64,000 nt of DNA from Schmidtea nova (taxonomy: Eukaryota): the NCBI GenBank assembly GCA_044892505.1, contig CM097882.1:75082001-75146000 (forward strand). Reading direction: 5' to 3'. The first letter of the stretch is position 1. Every line of letters begins with the position of its first letter. A program made the translations under genes and the position numbers. Shown one piece after another: positions 27,074-39,800 of the stretch. Below the pieces are notes generated by a model. The model did not search any database. It saw only the letters and a list, made by a program, of their open reading frames with translations, and was not told the origin of the DNA.

Positions 27074-28523
27074 TCAAGGGTTCCAAAAAACATTGGAGAT
27101 TACTGTGTCAATTAGAATTAAATTTATGTGCACAACAGTGGGTAAAGAGCGCATATGGATCAATCTGCCTAACTCTTGCTTGGAGACCTGATATTTCCCC
27201 GACATTGTGCTAGCTCTATCATATGACTGACCAAAACACATAGTTATTGACAAATCCAAGTTTTCAATTGCTGAAACAAGAACGTTGAACAAATCTTGGA
27301 CACTTGCTCCAGGTAATTCACTGAATTTTATAAACCTCTCTACTGCATCGCCATTTTCTGTTACATATCTCAAAGATAAAGAAAACTGGTCAATGCTACT
27401 TATATCAATAGTTGAGTCAACAATCACTGCAAAATACTTAGCTACTTTGATTTCATCCACAATTTTTGATAGAATCTGAGATAATATGGATTGTATCAGA
27501 TCATTTTGTATATCGGGACTGAGATATGTTGCATTTCGATCACTCAGTAATAAATGTTGTTCCAATATTGCATCATTTTTAGCCAACAGTTTAATCAGTT
27601 CCAAGAAATTCCCTTCGTTTGTCACTGGTGAACCTAAGCCTTGATACTCACGATGGCCACGGAATGTCAATCCTTGTTTTCCAAAAAACAGTACAGCATC
27701 AATGATACATTTAAAAATCATCCTATTTTTTCTATTTCTTTCTTTTCTGTTGTCAGAAGACCAGACAACACAGTTCTATCGTTAAACAACCGGAATTTTG
27801 TCAGAAATAGTTCTTTCTCTGCTTTTTTGTGACTTTCGCTACTTTCATGTTTTTTCAATTTTGTACGTGCCTTTAGCAAAATTCTTGCAGCCAATTTTTG
27901 GATCACTCCAAATATCGGATCGACTAGCAAAAAGCCAACAAGCAAAACAAATCATTATATTAGCTTTTGGTGAGTAGACCAGCCAATGTCTATCAATTTC
28001 ACGACAACCTTTTACTTGTTTCTTCTTATACCAATTAGCACTGAAATGACGTTCAGTTTCATCTTTTGGGAAATTTTCAAATTTATCTTTAAGACCCGGC
28101 TAACTCAAGTAGTGCACGAACAAGTTCTGGCGTCACAGGTTTGTCACAAAACAGATGTGGATCTGTTGAGTATTCCATGTTTGGATCAATAACTGCACGA
28201 AGTCTTATTCTTACTGTGTCATCTTCATCCTCCACCATAGAGTCTGTTGACGTAATCAGGCCTACTGTTGAATCAGAACCCACTTCCTGAACAGTCACGG
28301 CAGCCGGAGTTGTGGTGTTGTTATCAACTCCTAGATTTGTTGTGAATTCTTCTTCTGGTGCCGCAGACGTTGTTGTATTGCTGAATGAAAAATATGCATC
28401 CAATTTTGCATATTTTGAAGATTCTCTTTCACGATCTTCGACTTCTTTTTTCCTCTTTTTATCCCATCCAGATGGTCCAGACCGTTTCTTTCTTTCAGTG
28501 TTATTTTCCATTAAATTTTCCAA
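27074..28523 (-). pseudogene. hAT transposase N-terminal half (ZMYM1-like)
   Basis: NEGNFLELIKLLA, YLSPDIQNDLI, FAVIVDSTIDIS, GQSYDRASTMSG, HCCAH; truncated just after the HCxxH motif. Confidence 0.85.
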
Positions 28524-29679
28524 AAAAATCGGTTTCTAGGTCACAAATCACAATATTTAATTTTCAATTAATTTAATTGATTAATATTTTTATTTTGTTA
28601 TAAACAGCAGACGATGATTATAATAAACAAATAACATTATGGTCAATGAAATATATAATCTTTGGTTTGTCTTTATGAGCAAAGACATTAAATTATAAGA
28701 CGTCAATTCTCCCAACAATCTTGCAACAGATGATAAATCAGTTTGACTCTAAGATAAACTTACTAGTTTCCAGTTGAGAATTTGGTACTTGGATAAGGAA
28801 ATGTTAGACTATCGAATTTATGGACGGAGTGAACACAGTTTTTAACTTTTTATGTTATTTAAACGATTGAAATAAATAAATACAGCTTTGTGACTTGCAA
28901 AATTGGAAATTGAAATTATTGAATAAAGTATGTTTTATTCTTGAAAAGGCCCCACTTTTTGAAAAATGGTCTCAGGGGGAGCGGCTGCTCCCCCTGCTCC
29001 CNNNNNNNNNNNNNNNNNNNNNNNNNNNNNNNNNNNNNNNNNNNNNNNNNNNNNNNNNNNNNNNNNNNNNNNNNNNNNNNNNNNNNNNNNNNNNNNNNNN
29101 NNNNNNNNNNNNNNNNNNNNNNNNNNNNNNNNATCGCAAAAAACAAAATAATAAAAAATACATGAAATAAAATTTAACTTGTTGCTAATATTTAGCCGGA
29201 ACACAAACAAATCCTAAGCGTTTTTTAGCCAAGACACAAACTAACATTAAAAAAATTTTCGCCTGCGGTGCTTTAACTTTTTTGCCCGGGGCGCTGAAAA
29301 CCATAGGGCCGGTCCTGAGTGTAACTTATTCTTTTAAGAAATTCTTTTCTGTATAATAATGGTTTTTACTTTTTACAAGGTTCAACAGATAAAATAATTG
29401 TATATCCCTGTCAATTTAACCAATTAATCATGTTTATTCAGACTTATTTTTAATTTCAATATATATATATATATAAGATGAAAATTATCTACTTAAAAGA
29501 ATTTTTTTTTCTTTAATTTAATGTAAAATTTTGATATTATTTAACTATTCAAGTGTGACGATACAGCCGTAGATTTGGAGAAATTTTATCTAGTTCGAGT
29601 GGCTGTTTTTAGGTGCTATCCAAACAAATTTTAACTACCCTGTTGCAGGGAATACTTTTTAAATGGAATCTTATACTGG

Positions 29680-30034
29680 TGTTAGGATCAGGCCTTTGGC
29701 CTTAACGTTTTGAGGTTTTAATAATAGTAATAATAAATTACTAAAAATAATTAAAATAAAATAAAAATAATTTAAAAACAATTGTAAAACAAATATAGAA
29801 ATAAACATTTACTAAAAATAGAACCAGGCCTTTGTCTGGTAATTGCTAGAACACATTGGACTATAATCGGCAATTATTTATCAACAAAATCGACGTAGGT
29901 CGATTTAATTTTAGTATAAATAATATTGAATTTCAGTTCAGAGGGGACGACGAGACGAATAGAAAAACAACGTGTGAGAGAAAAATAATTAATTTAGAGT
30001 GAACATTGATCGATAACCTACCGCATCGAAAGTT

Positions 30035-30069
<35 letters not shown>

Positions 30070-30675
30070 GGAGAGAACTGTTAATATTTTTGGGAGAAAA
30101 AGAAAGAGCAAAGAAACAGAAAGGAGGAAAAGAATAACATTGTTTTGAAAAGAAGTAATTTTTTAAATTGGTCTAAAAACGTTTATAAAGTAGAGAGTGA
30201 AAGATAAATTTATCTTTTTGGGTTGAAAAATCATTTTAGTTGATATTAATTTTTAAAGCGAATACAAAGTAAAGAAGAATTACTTTAGTATTCTCTGGGT
30301 GCCCCAAAATCATTCCGCTTGCTTATCCACTCTTGTAAAAATATTTCTTAGCGATCGTTGTGTTACTGAGGTGCCAACGATTTCTTGCAGACTGTCACAA
30401 ACAGTAGGGATTAATTTAATCCGAGATCTTTATTGTTCTGTACATCGATAAATTTTGTGAATAATTTAATTATTGTTTTGTAAATTGGTTAAATAAAATT
30501 TGAAAAGAATAGTTAGTTTTCATTTACAGATTTTACCTGTCTTTAAAATACACGCAACCACATTAATTTTGTTATATTTATATTTATTCATTTATTTATA
30601 TATAACAACTTATATAGATATAAAATAGGAGTCAATTTGTGTTAAGATCAGCACCCCTATCTTTTGATCTTGACA
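29680..30675 (+). repeat. 5' LTR (996 bp)
   Basis: TGTTAGGATC...TCTTGACA, with internal (TA)n. Confidence 0.97.
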
Positions 30676-30678
30676 TTT

Positions 30679-30696
30679 TGGTGAGCCCGACGTGAT
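30679..30696 (+). promoter_or_regulatory. Primer-binding site, tRNA-Trp-type
   Basis: TGGTGAGCCCGACGTGAT; one mismatch to the complement of the animal tRNA-Trp 3' end (TGGTGACCCCGACGTGAT). Confidence 0.85.
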
Positions 30697-30809
30697 CATT
30701 TTTCGGGGGATATAAAAATATTATTTATCAGAAACAGTTTTCTTTTTAAATCATTGAGTTAAGAAATAGGAGAATAAATTTTAGACCAGGAAATAGAAAT
30801 CAACAGATA

Positions 30810-33800
30810 ATGGCAGACATAAATAATTTACAAAATGATAATAATTTACAAAATAATGTCAATAATAATAATGTGCCAGTAGCTCAACCACCAGCGGTAG
30901 ATTTTATGAGATACCCAACAATACCAATTAAACCATTTAGTGGGAACCCAGGAGAGTTTCCAGAATTTATGTCCGAATATTTTCAGTTAGCCAGAGCATT
31001 AGGTTTCCCTGAACCGGTAATGATTTTGAGATTACCTTTATATCTAAAAGGGATGGCGCGTGAAATATATAATGATGTTATTATAGCCGAGCATCCAGCT
31101 GAATGGAATGTATTACGGTTAGCGTTACAAAATAGAATATTACCGGGGGATGCAACCAGAGTGCTAAGACAACAATTTTATAATAGGAGACAGAATTTGG
31201 GTGAGCATGTTGGGGAATTTTCTTATCAAATATTAATGTTGGCAGAGAGAGCTTTTGGCGATAGGGCAGCTTGGAATGAGGCAACCAGAGCGTTAGTAAA
31301 AGACCAGTTTTGGTCAGGGTTATCGTCCGCAATGAGAAACGCACTCAGTTTACATATAGGGGATAATTTAGAGGAATTAACTCGTAAAGCTTGCTTAATT
31401 GAAAGTAGTATAGAGAAGTTAAATAATTTCGCAATTAGTACCAATAAGTCCGACATTGAGTGTTTTAACTGTCATAAAAAAGGCCACATATCTAAAGATT
31501 GTAGGAGTAGGAATAATCCCATAGGGGAAAAATCATGTACCAAATGCGGGAGAAACAATCATGTGGCGGCAAACTGCAGATTTTCGGACTTGAGTTGTGA
31601 GAAATGTAAACGCAAGGGACATGTAGCGTCAGTGTGTAAAGTTAGGTTTGGGGAGACTACCTCTAGTAATAATTTTAATAATAATAGAAATAGAAGCCCC
31701 GATAGAAATTTTCAGAATAATAATAATAATAAAAATTTTCAGAATAAGAGTAATAATTTTTCAAATAATAATATAAAGAGGGATGAAGTGAATTCGGGGG
31801 GTAAAATTAAATGTCATACGTGTGGAAAATTTGGTCATATTATGCGTTCATGTCCACAAAATCAGTTGAGTAATAACAATAACAGTAATAACAATAATAG
31901 TAATAGTCGACCGAAACAGACTACGTTTACAGTGAATTCTGATCACAAATTAACATATTTACAGCAGCTTGAATTAGAAATTCAAGAAGAGAGAAATAGG
32001 TTAGCCAGGCTAACGACAAATGAAATCGATGAATACGGCGAAGATGAAGCCGAGGTGTATATGTTGTCAGCCAGAAAAGGGCGCAACAAAGATAATAATA
32101 AACAGAGTAAATTAAGTAATGATATTGTAGCAGAACTTGAGGTATTGATGCTTCAAGAGAGTCCACAGGAGGACCAAGAGGAAAAGGCTATGGTCGTAGA
32201 ACCAGAGGCTTGTGAGGGTTTACCGGTTTCACCCAGGAAAAATCGAGTGGCTATGGTCACAGAACCAGAGGCCAACAGGGAAATAGAAGGTTTACCGGTT
32301 TCACCTAGTAAAAATCGTAAAGCCATGGACATAGATCCAGTGGCAAATAGAGGATATCCAAAAGAAGTTTTGGAAAAACGATGGGCTTCGGTCAGTGAGC
32401 CGGAAGTCTTAATAACCACATCATCCCTGAGAAATGATGGTGGCAGCAAACCGATAAAAGTTAGAGAGGCATCGAAAGAGGAAGGTAATCCCATCGATGA
32501 TTGTAAAATGCTATTACGTCATAGGAACGTATGGCAAAGAGAAATAGAACAGAGGCTAGAAAATATCAGATTAAACCCCATTAACGAGAATGAGGTAGAT
32601 AAAATAATGGATATCATATTAGAATTAAATAGAAATGATGAGTACCATCCGGTATTAAGAGAAATCCTGCGAAGCATAGGATTAAGTTGGAAGCAAAAAG
32701 GAGATCTAGAAGATTCCATAGTTTTTGTTGTCCTACCCAGAGGTTGTTTTTGTAGATATACAATAAACCCAAGAGAAAAAGTCGAAGCACTAGCCAAGAA
32801 AGTCGCTGAGGTAAAACCTCGATTGAAATGCGAACTATATTTGTTGGGAGAAAGATTATTGGAGGGAGAAGCCTTACTAGATTGTGGTATAATACCAGGA
32901 AAACAAATGATAGTAAAAGCAAAGTTTCACAAGGAAACTGTCACGATAGTGGACTCTGATAATGTCCTAACCATAACGGAAATGGAAATTGAACAATTAA
33001 ATCAAATATCAGCGGTACCACAAAGGTTGGGGACAGAGCTGATGCAAAACCCGAGGGACGGGGAAACCATTAAGATGATAATGGATTGGATATTGGAGTT
33101 ACGAATTCCAGTAGATACTCTTAGAGAGGTTATGCCATTGGTGGTGCCTTTATTGAAAGAAACATCACCATTCCAAACGCAAGCAAAGATGCTAGTAATC
33201 AAAAATGGGCATGCTATTAGACACCAGGATAATAGGCAAGGTCCAGTCATGTTAGATATCAGGATACCCAGGAGAGGACACCTGATACAACAATTTTCGT
33301 GTTTCCATAAAGTCAAGAAACTGAGGAAACGAGTGGCGACAATAGTAAAAGAGTCATTTATAATAATGATACACGGTTGTCAGGTTGATGACGACGAATA
33401 TTTAGTGGATGTAGGATGTTTTCCTCAAGAGGAAACTATAGTATTGATACTATTGGTCGAGCTTCCAGAGGACCAATGGGCAACACTGAGATTGCCAGAT
33501 GATGCTGAGTTAGAGAAGGATGAGATCCCTCCCGAGCAGCAACAAGCAGGTGAAGATACCCGCCTACAGGCAGGAGAAACAGTAGATTTAGACGCGGAAA
33601 TAGACAAATATTTACGGGAATTCGACAACACTGAGGATCAGTTGATCGAGATAATGCCATCTTTGGAAGATGAAAGTATAAGATTGAATCAAAAAGAAAC
33701 GAACATCGGAGCTAGTACGTCACAGGGAATTGGGCCATCAAGAGATAGGATGAGCCCGAAACTTGTTGTAAACAGGAGAAAGAAGGAGAGAAGGGGGAGA

Positions 33801-36800
33801 CCGAGAAAGAGTCAAATGAACCCGCCTCCAAGAGAACTCCTAAGGCCTACCACGATACAAAGCGTAAACAGGCAGGCTTTGGCAGGGATAGCCAGCCAAA
33901 TTGATAAAGGCACAAGAGATTTTAGTGCTAAAACGGAAACATGGAGGAGATTGAACCAAATATTAAGACTGATGAAGCCTGAGTGGCAAATCAAGAAAGA
34001 TAAAGCTATAAATGTTGAGAAAATTACAAACAAGATTAAACAAGCAATGAATAAGATTCCAGGAAGCACAACTGAACAGGAATTGTTCGAAGTAGCAGGA
34101 CAATTCATGCAAGAAGGGTTGACAAAAGGGAAAATGATAACAATTTTAGCACTAATGTTTAAAAACACCGTAATAATACTCAAGGATGATCCATCAGGAA
34201 TTCAAGTAGCCTTAGACAGGCTGACTGATATCATTGAAGTGAATTTTGAAACATGGATGACGGAACATAAGTTTTGGGAGACAAAAGAAACGAAAGGGAA
34301 ATATGAGATAAATGAGGAATTGTTGACAGAACATATCCCAAGTAATTCGCGGGGAACAGGTGGATTCACTAATTGGATGATGATGTTATTAGTAATGATG
34401 GGAATATTGAGACAGACAAACTCCTTAACAGCATACGACTGTAGCGAACCGATATTAGCACGGATTTACTCATTGGTAGACACAGTGGAATGCAAGGAAG
34501 CATATCCAGATAAAGTTGCAAAACGAGAGGATGCAGAATACCATGTTTATCAGCAAACAGAGTTTTATAGGACCAGGGTGAGGGAATGTCGAATACAGAG
34601 AGCGACATTTGAATATTACTGTGGATCACACAGTTATACAGCGTTTCTAGGAGCTAAGCTCATTCCAGTACCATTGATAATCCCACCAGAGGATTGCATA
34701 AATGCTTTTAGATCAAAAAATGTCAAAATAGATGACGAAGTGACAATCACAGCAGAGGAAGGAAAGAAGCTGGGTATAACGATTACCAGAGGAGGACCGA
34801 TAGCAGATGATGGTTCTTGCACCGGTAGAAAGAAATTAAGAGGTTCTAATATTGTGAGTTATGTAGTAACAGTTGAGGATTACACTGTAGAGCTAATAGA
34901 ATACGAAGGAACATTTGAAGTATCCACGGGTAAAATGATGTCCCATCCTGAATGTAATGTAAAGTTTGGGTATTGTAAAACCAGTACAGCGGTACTGACG
35001 TATCAATCAATGAGAGAATTTTGCGATTTGGGATACTTGAAAAAAGTAGTGTTTTCAAGACTTGATGGGAAAAGTTTTGCAGCACAAGAGTCACACCAAA
35101 GCGGGTGGGGAGATAAGATAAACCACAAGACGAAAAAAGAGAAAGTACCCGAGAAAAGCACAGCAGTAGTTTTAGTCGCAAAAGATCCTACCGATGCTAT
35201 CCGACTAGTTAGAAAGAAGCAGATAACAAAATGTGGTGTGCCAATATTCGAAACGAACTATAAAGGAATATTCTTAGCATACAAATATGTGCCGGCAGCA
35301 GAAACATTACATTTGTCAGATATAAAAATAGCGAAATATATCAATAATAAAATTGACTTTTTGTATCATGATTTACAGAAGCAACTATTAGACGTTTACC
35401 AGGAAGTGATCTTAAACGATTGTCGTTTAAACAGGGAAATAATACGAAATAGATTAGCAACATCTATTTCGAACCCTGATTTAGTAATGCCAATGTTAAC
35501 CGAGGAGGGAACATTTGGTAGAATTTTGGGAGAAGCAATTTATAGCTATCAATGCAAAGCGGTGGAGGTAGAAATAACCAAATACGATCAATGCACTTTA
35601 GAGCTTCCAGTAAAATATAAAGGAAAATTAAGATTTATGATACCAGTATCACATCAGTTGATGGGAGAAGAGGCAACTCCATTGAAGACAATTTGTAATC
35701 CGGCAATGTCACCACTATACAAAATTAACAATATATGGATTTCCTTACCAGACAGGAAACCACCTTCTAAACCAGTAGAAGTGTTGCAGGCTACTAAATT
35801 AGAAAACAAAATGGAGTTTCGACCATTAAATGAGATGTCAAAAGGGGGAGTATATACTCAAGAAGATATTGAGGAAGCGAGGAGAGCAATAGTGTTTCCT
35901 CAAATCAGAGATAGAGGAGTGACAGAGATAATAACTAGAATTTATCAATCATACGACGGAAAACCGGACTATAATTTATTATTTGGACCGGAACACTACA
36001 AGCAAGCCGCATCAAATGTGATACGGAGAATCTGGGGAAGATTCACAAGCTTCGGAATTTTTGTAGCAGGATGTTCAGGCATATACGCCATAGTGATGAT
36101 ATTGAAAATAATCATATCACAATTATTTTCCACATATAGTATCTTCAAGATCGGAGGATGGTCTTGGAAGTTGCTATTGGGAATGTGCCCACTTTGTGCA
36201 GATTTCGCAGTATTTCATCATCACAATAAAGAAATCAAGAAAATGAAAAGACAAAATGAAACAAAGCACGAAATAATAAAGTATGAATATAGTCATCGAG
36301 ACGATGACAATTCTGACGAGGGAGGTAACCTAGAGGGCGACAAGACCTCATATAACACCTCAACAAAACCAGACAACAAAAAACCGAATTTTCAAAATTT
36401 TGAAACTAGTACTTTTCAACAGTACCCTGTTAAAACAAAAAGACGAAAACAACAGGAATGGCCTGTGAAATATGTGTCTCCATATGAAACTAGGAGAAAG
36501 ATAATACCAGAAAAAGTAGAAGAGGAGATGTTGAGGCGTTTCGATTTTAGGACAAACGCAGGTATTTCAGCACCTCCTATACATTCAGAGTATCACATGA
36601 ATTTCGAGACAATGCCACCTTTGGGAACATCGATATTGGAAACGGTACCAAAATATCCATTTAGCACGTTAGAGAGGCTAAAGGAAAATTATCAAGATGA
36701 AATAAAATCGGAAGACGACAGAGATAGCGAGAATCAACAGAAATTCAGAGATAATATTCGAGGAATATCAACAGTGTTTATGGTAAATTCCAGCAAAAAG

Positions 36801-39800
36801 ACGCACAAGCCTACAATTAAATTAAAGGTTAATAGGCATACGGTTCATGCCATTATCGATTCAGGTTCAGACGTAACGCTGGTCGAAGCAAATTTATTAA
36901 ATGAAAAAGAATTACAAGCAATAATACAGACATTAACTATTACATCAGGAGCAAATGGTCAGCCAATCAATGTTATCGGGACATTAGATTGTGAGCTAAG
37001 GCTATGTGATCAGAAATTTAGACACGATATCAAGGTCACCAGACAGTGTATGGCAGAATGTATCGTGGGAATGGATATATTAAAAAAGTTAAAAGATATA
37101 GTATTTGATTGTGCAACAGGCGAATTGGTAAAAATGACGGGTAGAAAACGGAAAACATACAGTGTTGATGTAGTTTTTCTGGATAGATCAGTGAAAATAC
37201 CACCAAGAACCGAAACAGTTTGTTTTGTAGCAACACACCAAGAGGTCGAGGGAGATGTTATTTTCGAACCCAGTGAGCAGTTCATGAACAGATATAAAAC
37301 ACCTATGGTGCAGAATTTGGCAACAGTACGGGGAGGAAGAATCCCAATTAGATTAACGAATCTAGCGAATAAATCATTGAGGTTGTACCCAGAGACGAGA
37401 GTGGGTAAAGTGATACAACTTTCCAATCCTAGGAAAGAGTCGGAATCAACATTATCGGTGAGTGAGGAGGAACGAGATCCCGATATTGAATATTACGATG
37501 CACCTAGTTGTGATAGTAAAACGTTAACGAGAAAAGAGAATATTAGAGTTAATCAATTATTACGAAGATATGATCAAGTTTTTGCAAAGCACGAATATGA
37601 CTTAGGGCAAGTTAATATTTTAGAGCATGAGATTAAACTAACAGAGAGTAAACCAATAAAGATACGTCCGTATAGAATACCTCAAAGTATACAAGGGTCC
37701 GTGGATAAACAAATAAAATTAATGCAAAAGTATAATATAATCAGACCAAGTAAATCTCCATATTCTTCACCCTTGGTGGTTGTAGCTAAGAGAGATGGTT
37801 CCGTTAGATTGTGTAATGACTATAGGAAATTAAATGAACAAACTGTGAGTGATAATCACCCACTACCTTTGTTAGATTATATATATGATAAAATGAAAAA
37901 TTCGAAACTGTTTACTGTGATGGATGCACAGAAAGGATTCTATCAAATAAAAATGAGCGAAGACTCAATTCCTATGACAGGATTTTCGACTAGTAGTGAT
38001 CATTTTGAATATTTAGTAATGCCATTTGGACTAAAAGGAGCACCTCCAACTTTTCAGAGGGCTATGAATATTATGCTGATGGATGCACATCACGCAATGG
38101 TATATATTGACGACATTATCATTTTCTCGGAAGATTTAGATAAGCATTTAGAACATCTTGAGGATATTTTTAAACGGTTAATCATGGCAAACTTGAAAGT
38201 TAAACCAAGTAAATGCAAGTGGGCAGAATCGGAGGTGATTTACGTAGGGCATGTAATATCACACGATTGCGTAAGACCAGACCCGGCTAACACGGATAAA
38301 GTAAAGAATTTCCCACAACCAGTGAACGTGAAACAAATTAAAGGATTTCTAGGGTTGACGGGATATTATAGAAAATTTATTAGGAATTTCTCTGCAATCG
38401 CCTTTCCTTTGACCACGTTAGAAAAGAAAGGAGTAAAATTTTTATGGGGAGAGGATCAGCAGCAAGCATTTGATAAGTTGAAAGATGCATTATGCAAACC
38501 TCCAATCTTACGATTTCCAGATTTTAAAAGACAATTCATGGTGATGACAGATGCATGCACAAGAGGTATAGGTGCAGTATTGGGACAGAAAGATGAAATA
38601 GGTGATGAATACGCAGTAGCATACGCAAGTCGTGGGTTAAAGCCACACGAAAAAAGTTACGCAGTGATAGAATTAGAAGCACTGGCGTTAGTATTTGCAG
38701 TGGAAAAATTTAGTCATTACCTATGGGGCAGAAAGGTAATTTTCTATACCGATCATAGACCATTGCAATGGCTGTTAAAACATAGGGATGAAGCGTCAAA
38801 ATTGGTAAGATGGGCATTGAGATTACAGCCCTATAATATTGAGATTGTTTATCGAAAAGGAAAAGCCAATGGAAATGCAGACGCATTATCTCGGATGGAA
38901 CAAGAACCGGAGGTCGAAGATGTAAAGGAAGGAAGACTTGAAGGAACTATCTTCATGTTAACAAGAGAAGCAAATACGATAACGGACTTGGTAGAGGCGC
39001 AGAAAAGTGATGACGAGATCAACATGATCAGACAAGCAATCGAAGCAAAAGCTATACCAAGCGAATTTCAAAAATATTGGGAAAAACATAAGGATAAATT
39101 TATCCTAGAGGAAGGATTAATTAAATATGCGGAGACAAGAGATAATGTAATATTAGTGCCAAAGAAGTATAGAGAATCGTTGTTATTACAATATCACGAC
39201 GGAGCACTGGGAGGACATCTCTCAGCAAGACATACATTGTCTAGATTGAAAACAAAATATTTCTGGCCAGATATGAAAGAGGATGTAAAGAAGTGGTGCC
39301 AAACGTGTAAAATATGCATGACAAGGAGGAACACAGGTAAGAAACCTCATGTACCTCTAAAACCTATGCCAGTACCATCCTCGCCGATGGAGATGACTGC
39401 TATGGATGTACTGGGGCCGTTTAAAGAATCAATGATGGGAAATAAATTTATACTAGTCTTCTGTGACTACTTAACGAAGTGGCCGGAAGCATTTCCGATT
39501 CCAAACCATAAAGCCGACACAATTGCCAGAATATTTGTCGAGCAGATTGTATTTAGGTATAGAGTTCCATCAAAACTGCTTACCGACAGAGGGAAGGATT
39601 TTATGAGCAATTTGCTAAAAAGCATAAATGATTATTTTGGGATATTAAAGCTGAACACCTCACCATATCACCCACAAACGGATGGATTGGTGGATAGGTT
39701 CAATGGAACTTTGGCAAATATGTTATCATCATATGTGAACTCAGGACAGACGGATTGGGATGTGCATATACCGTCATGTTTGTTTGCTTATAGGAATGCA

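Larger units (their letters stand above)
25720..29317. mobile_element. hAT element with internally rearranged (convergent) transposase halves
   Basis: Ends CAGAGCCGGC / GCCGGTCCTG; perfect 8-bp TSD AGTGTAAC (25712-25719, 29318-29325). Confidence 0.85.

Noticed and set aside
2698-29210. Track ORFs spanning N runs (2698-3075, 9623-9862, 28895-29210 group)
   Set aside because: Artefacts of translating assembly gaps as X.
32500-32700. CARD/death-fold identity for the helical block before each Ubl
   Set aside because: Superficial resemblance only (LLRHR..W, KIMDIIL, LREILRSIG); too few conserved positions to call without a profile search.
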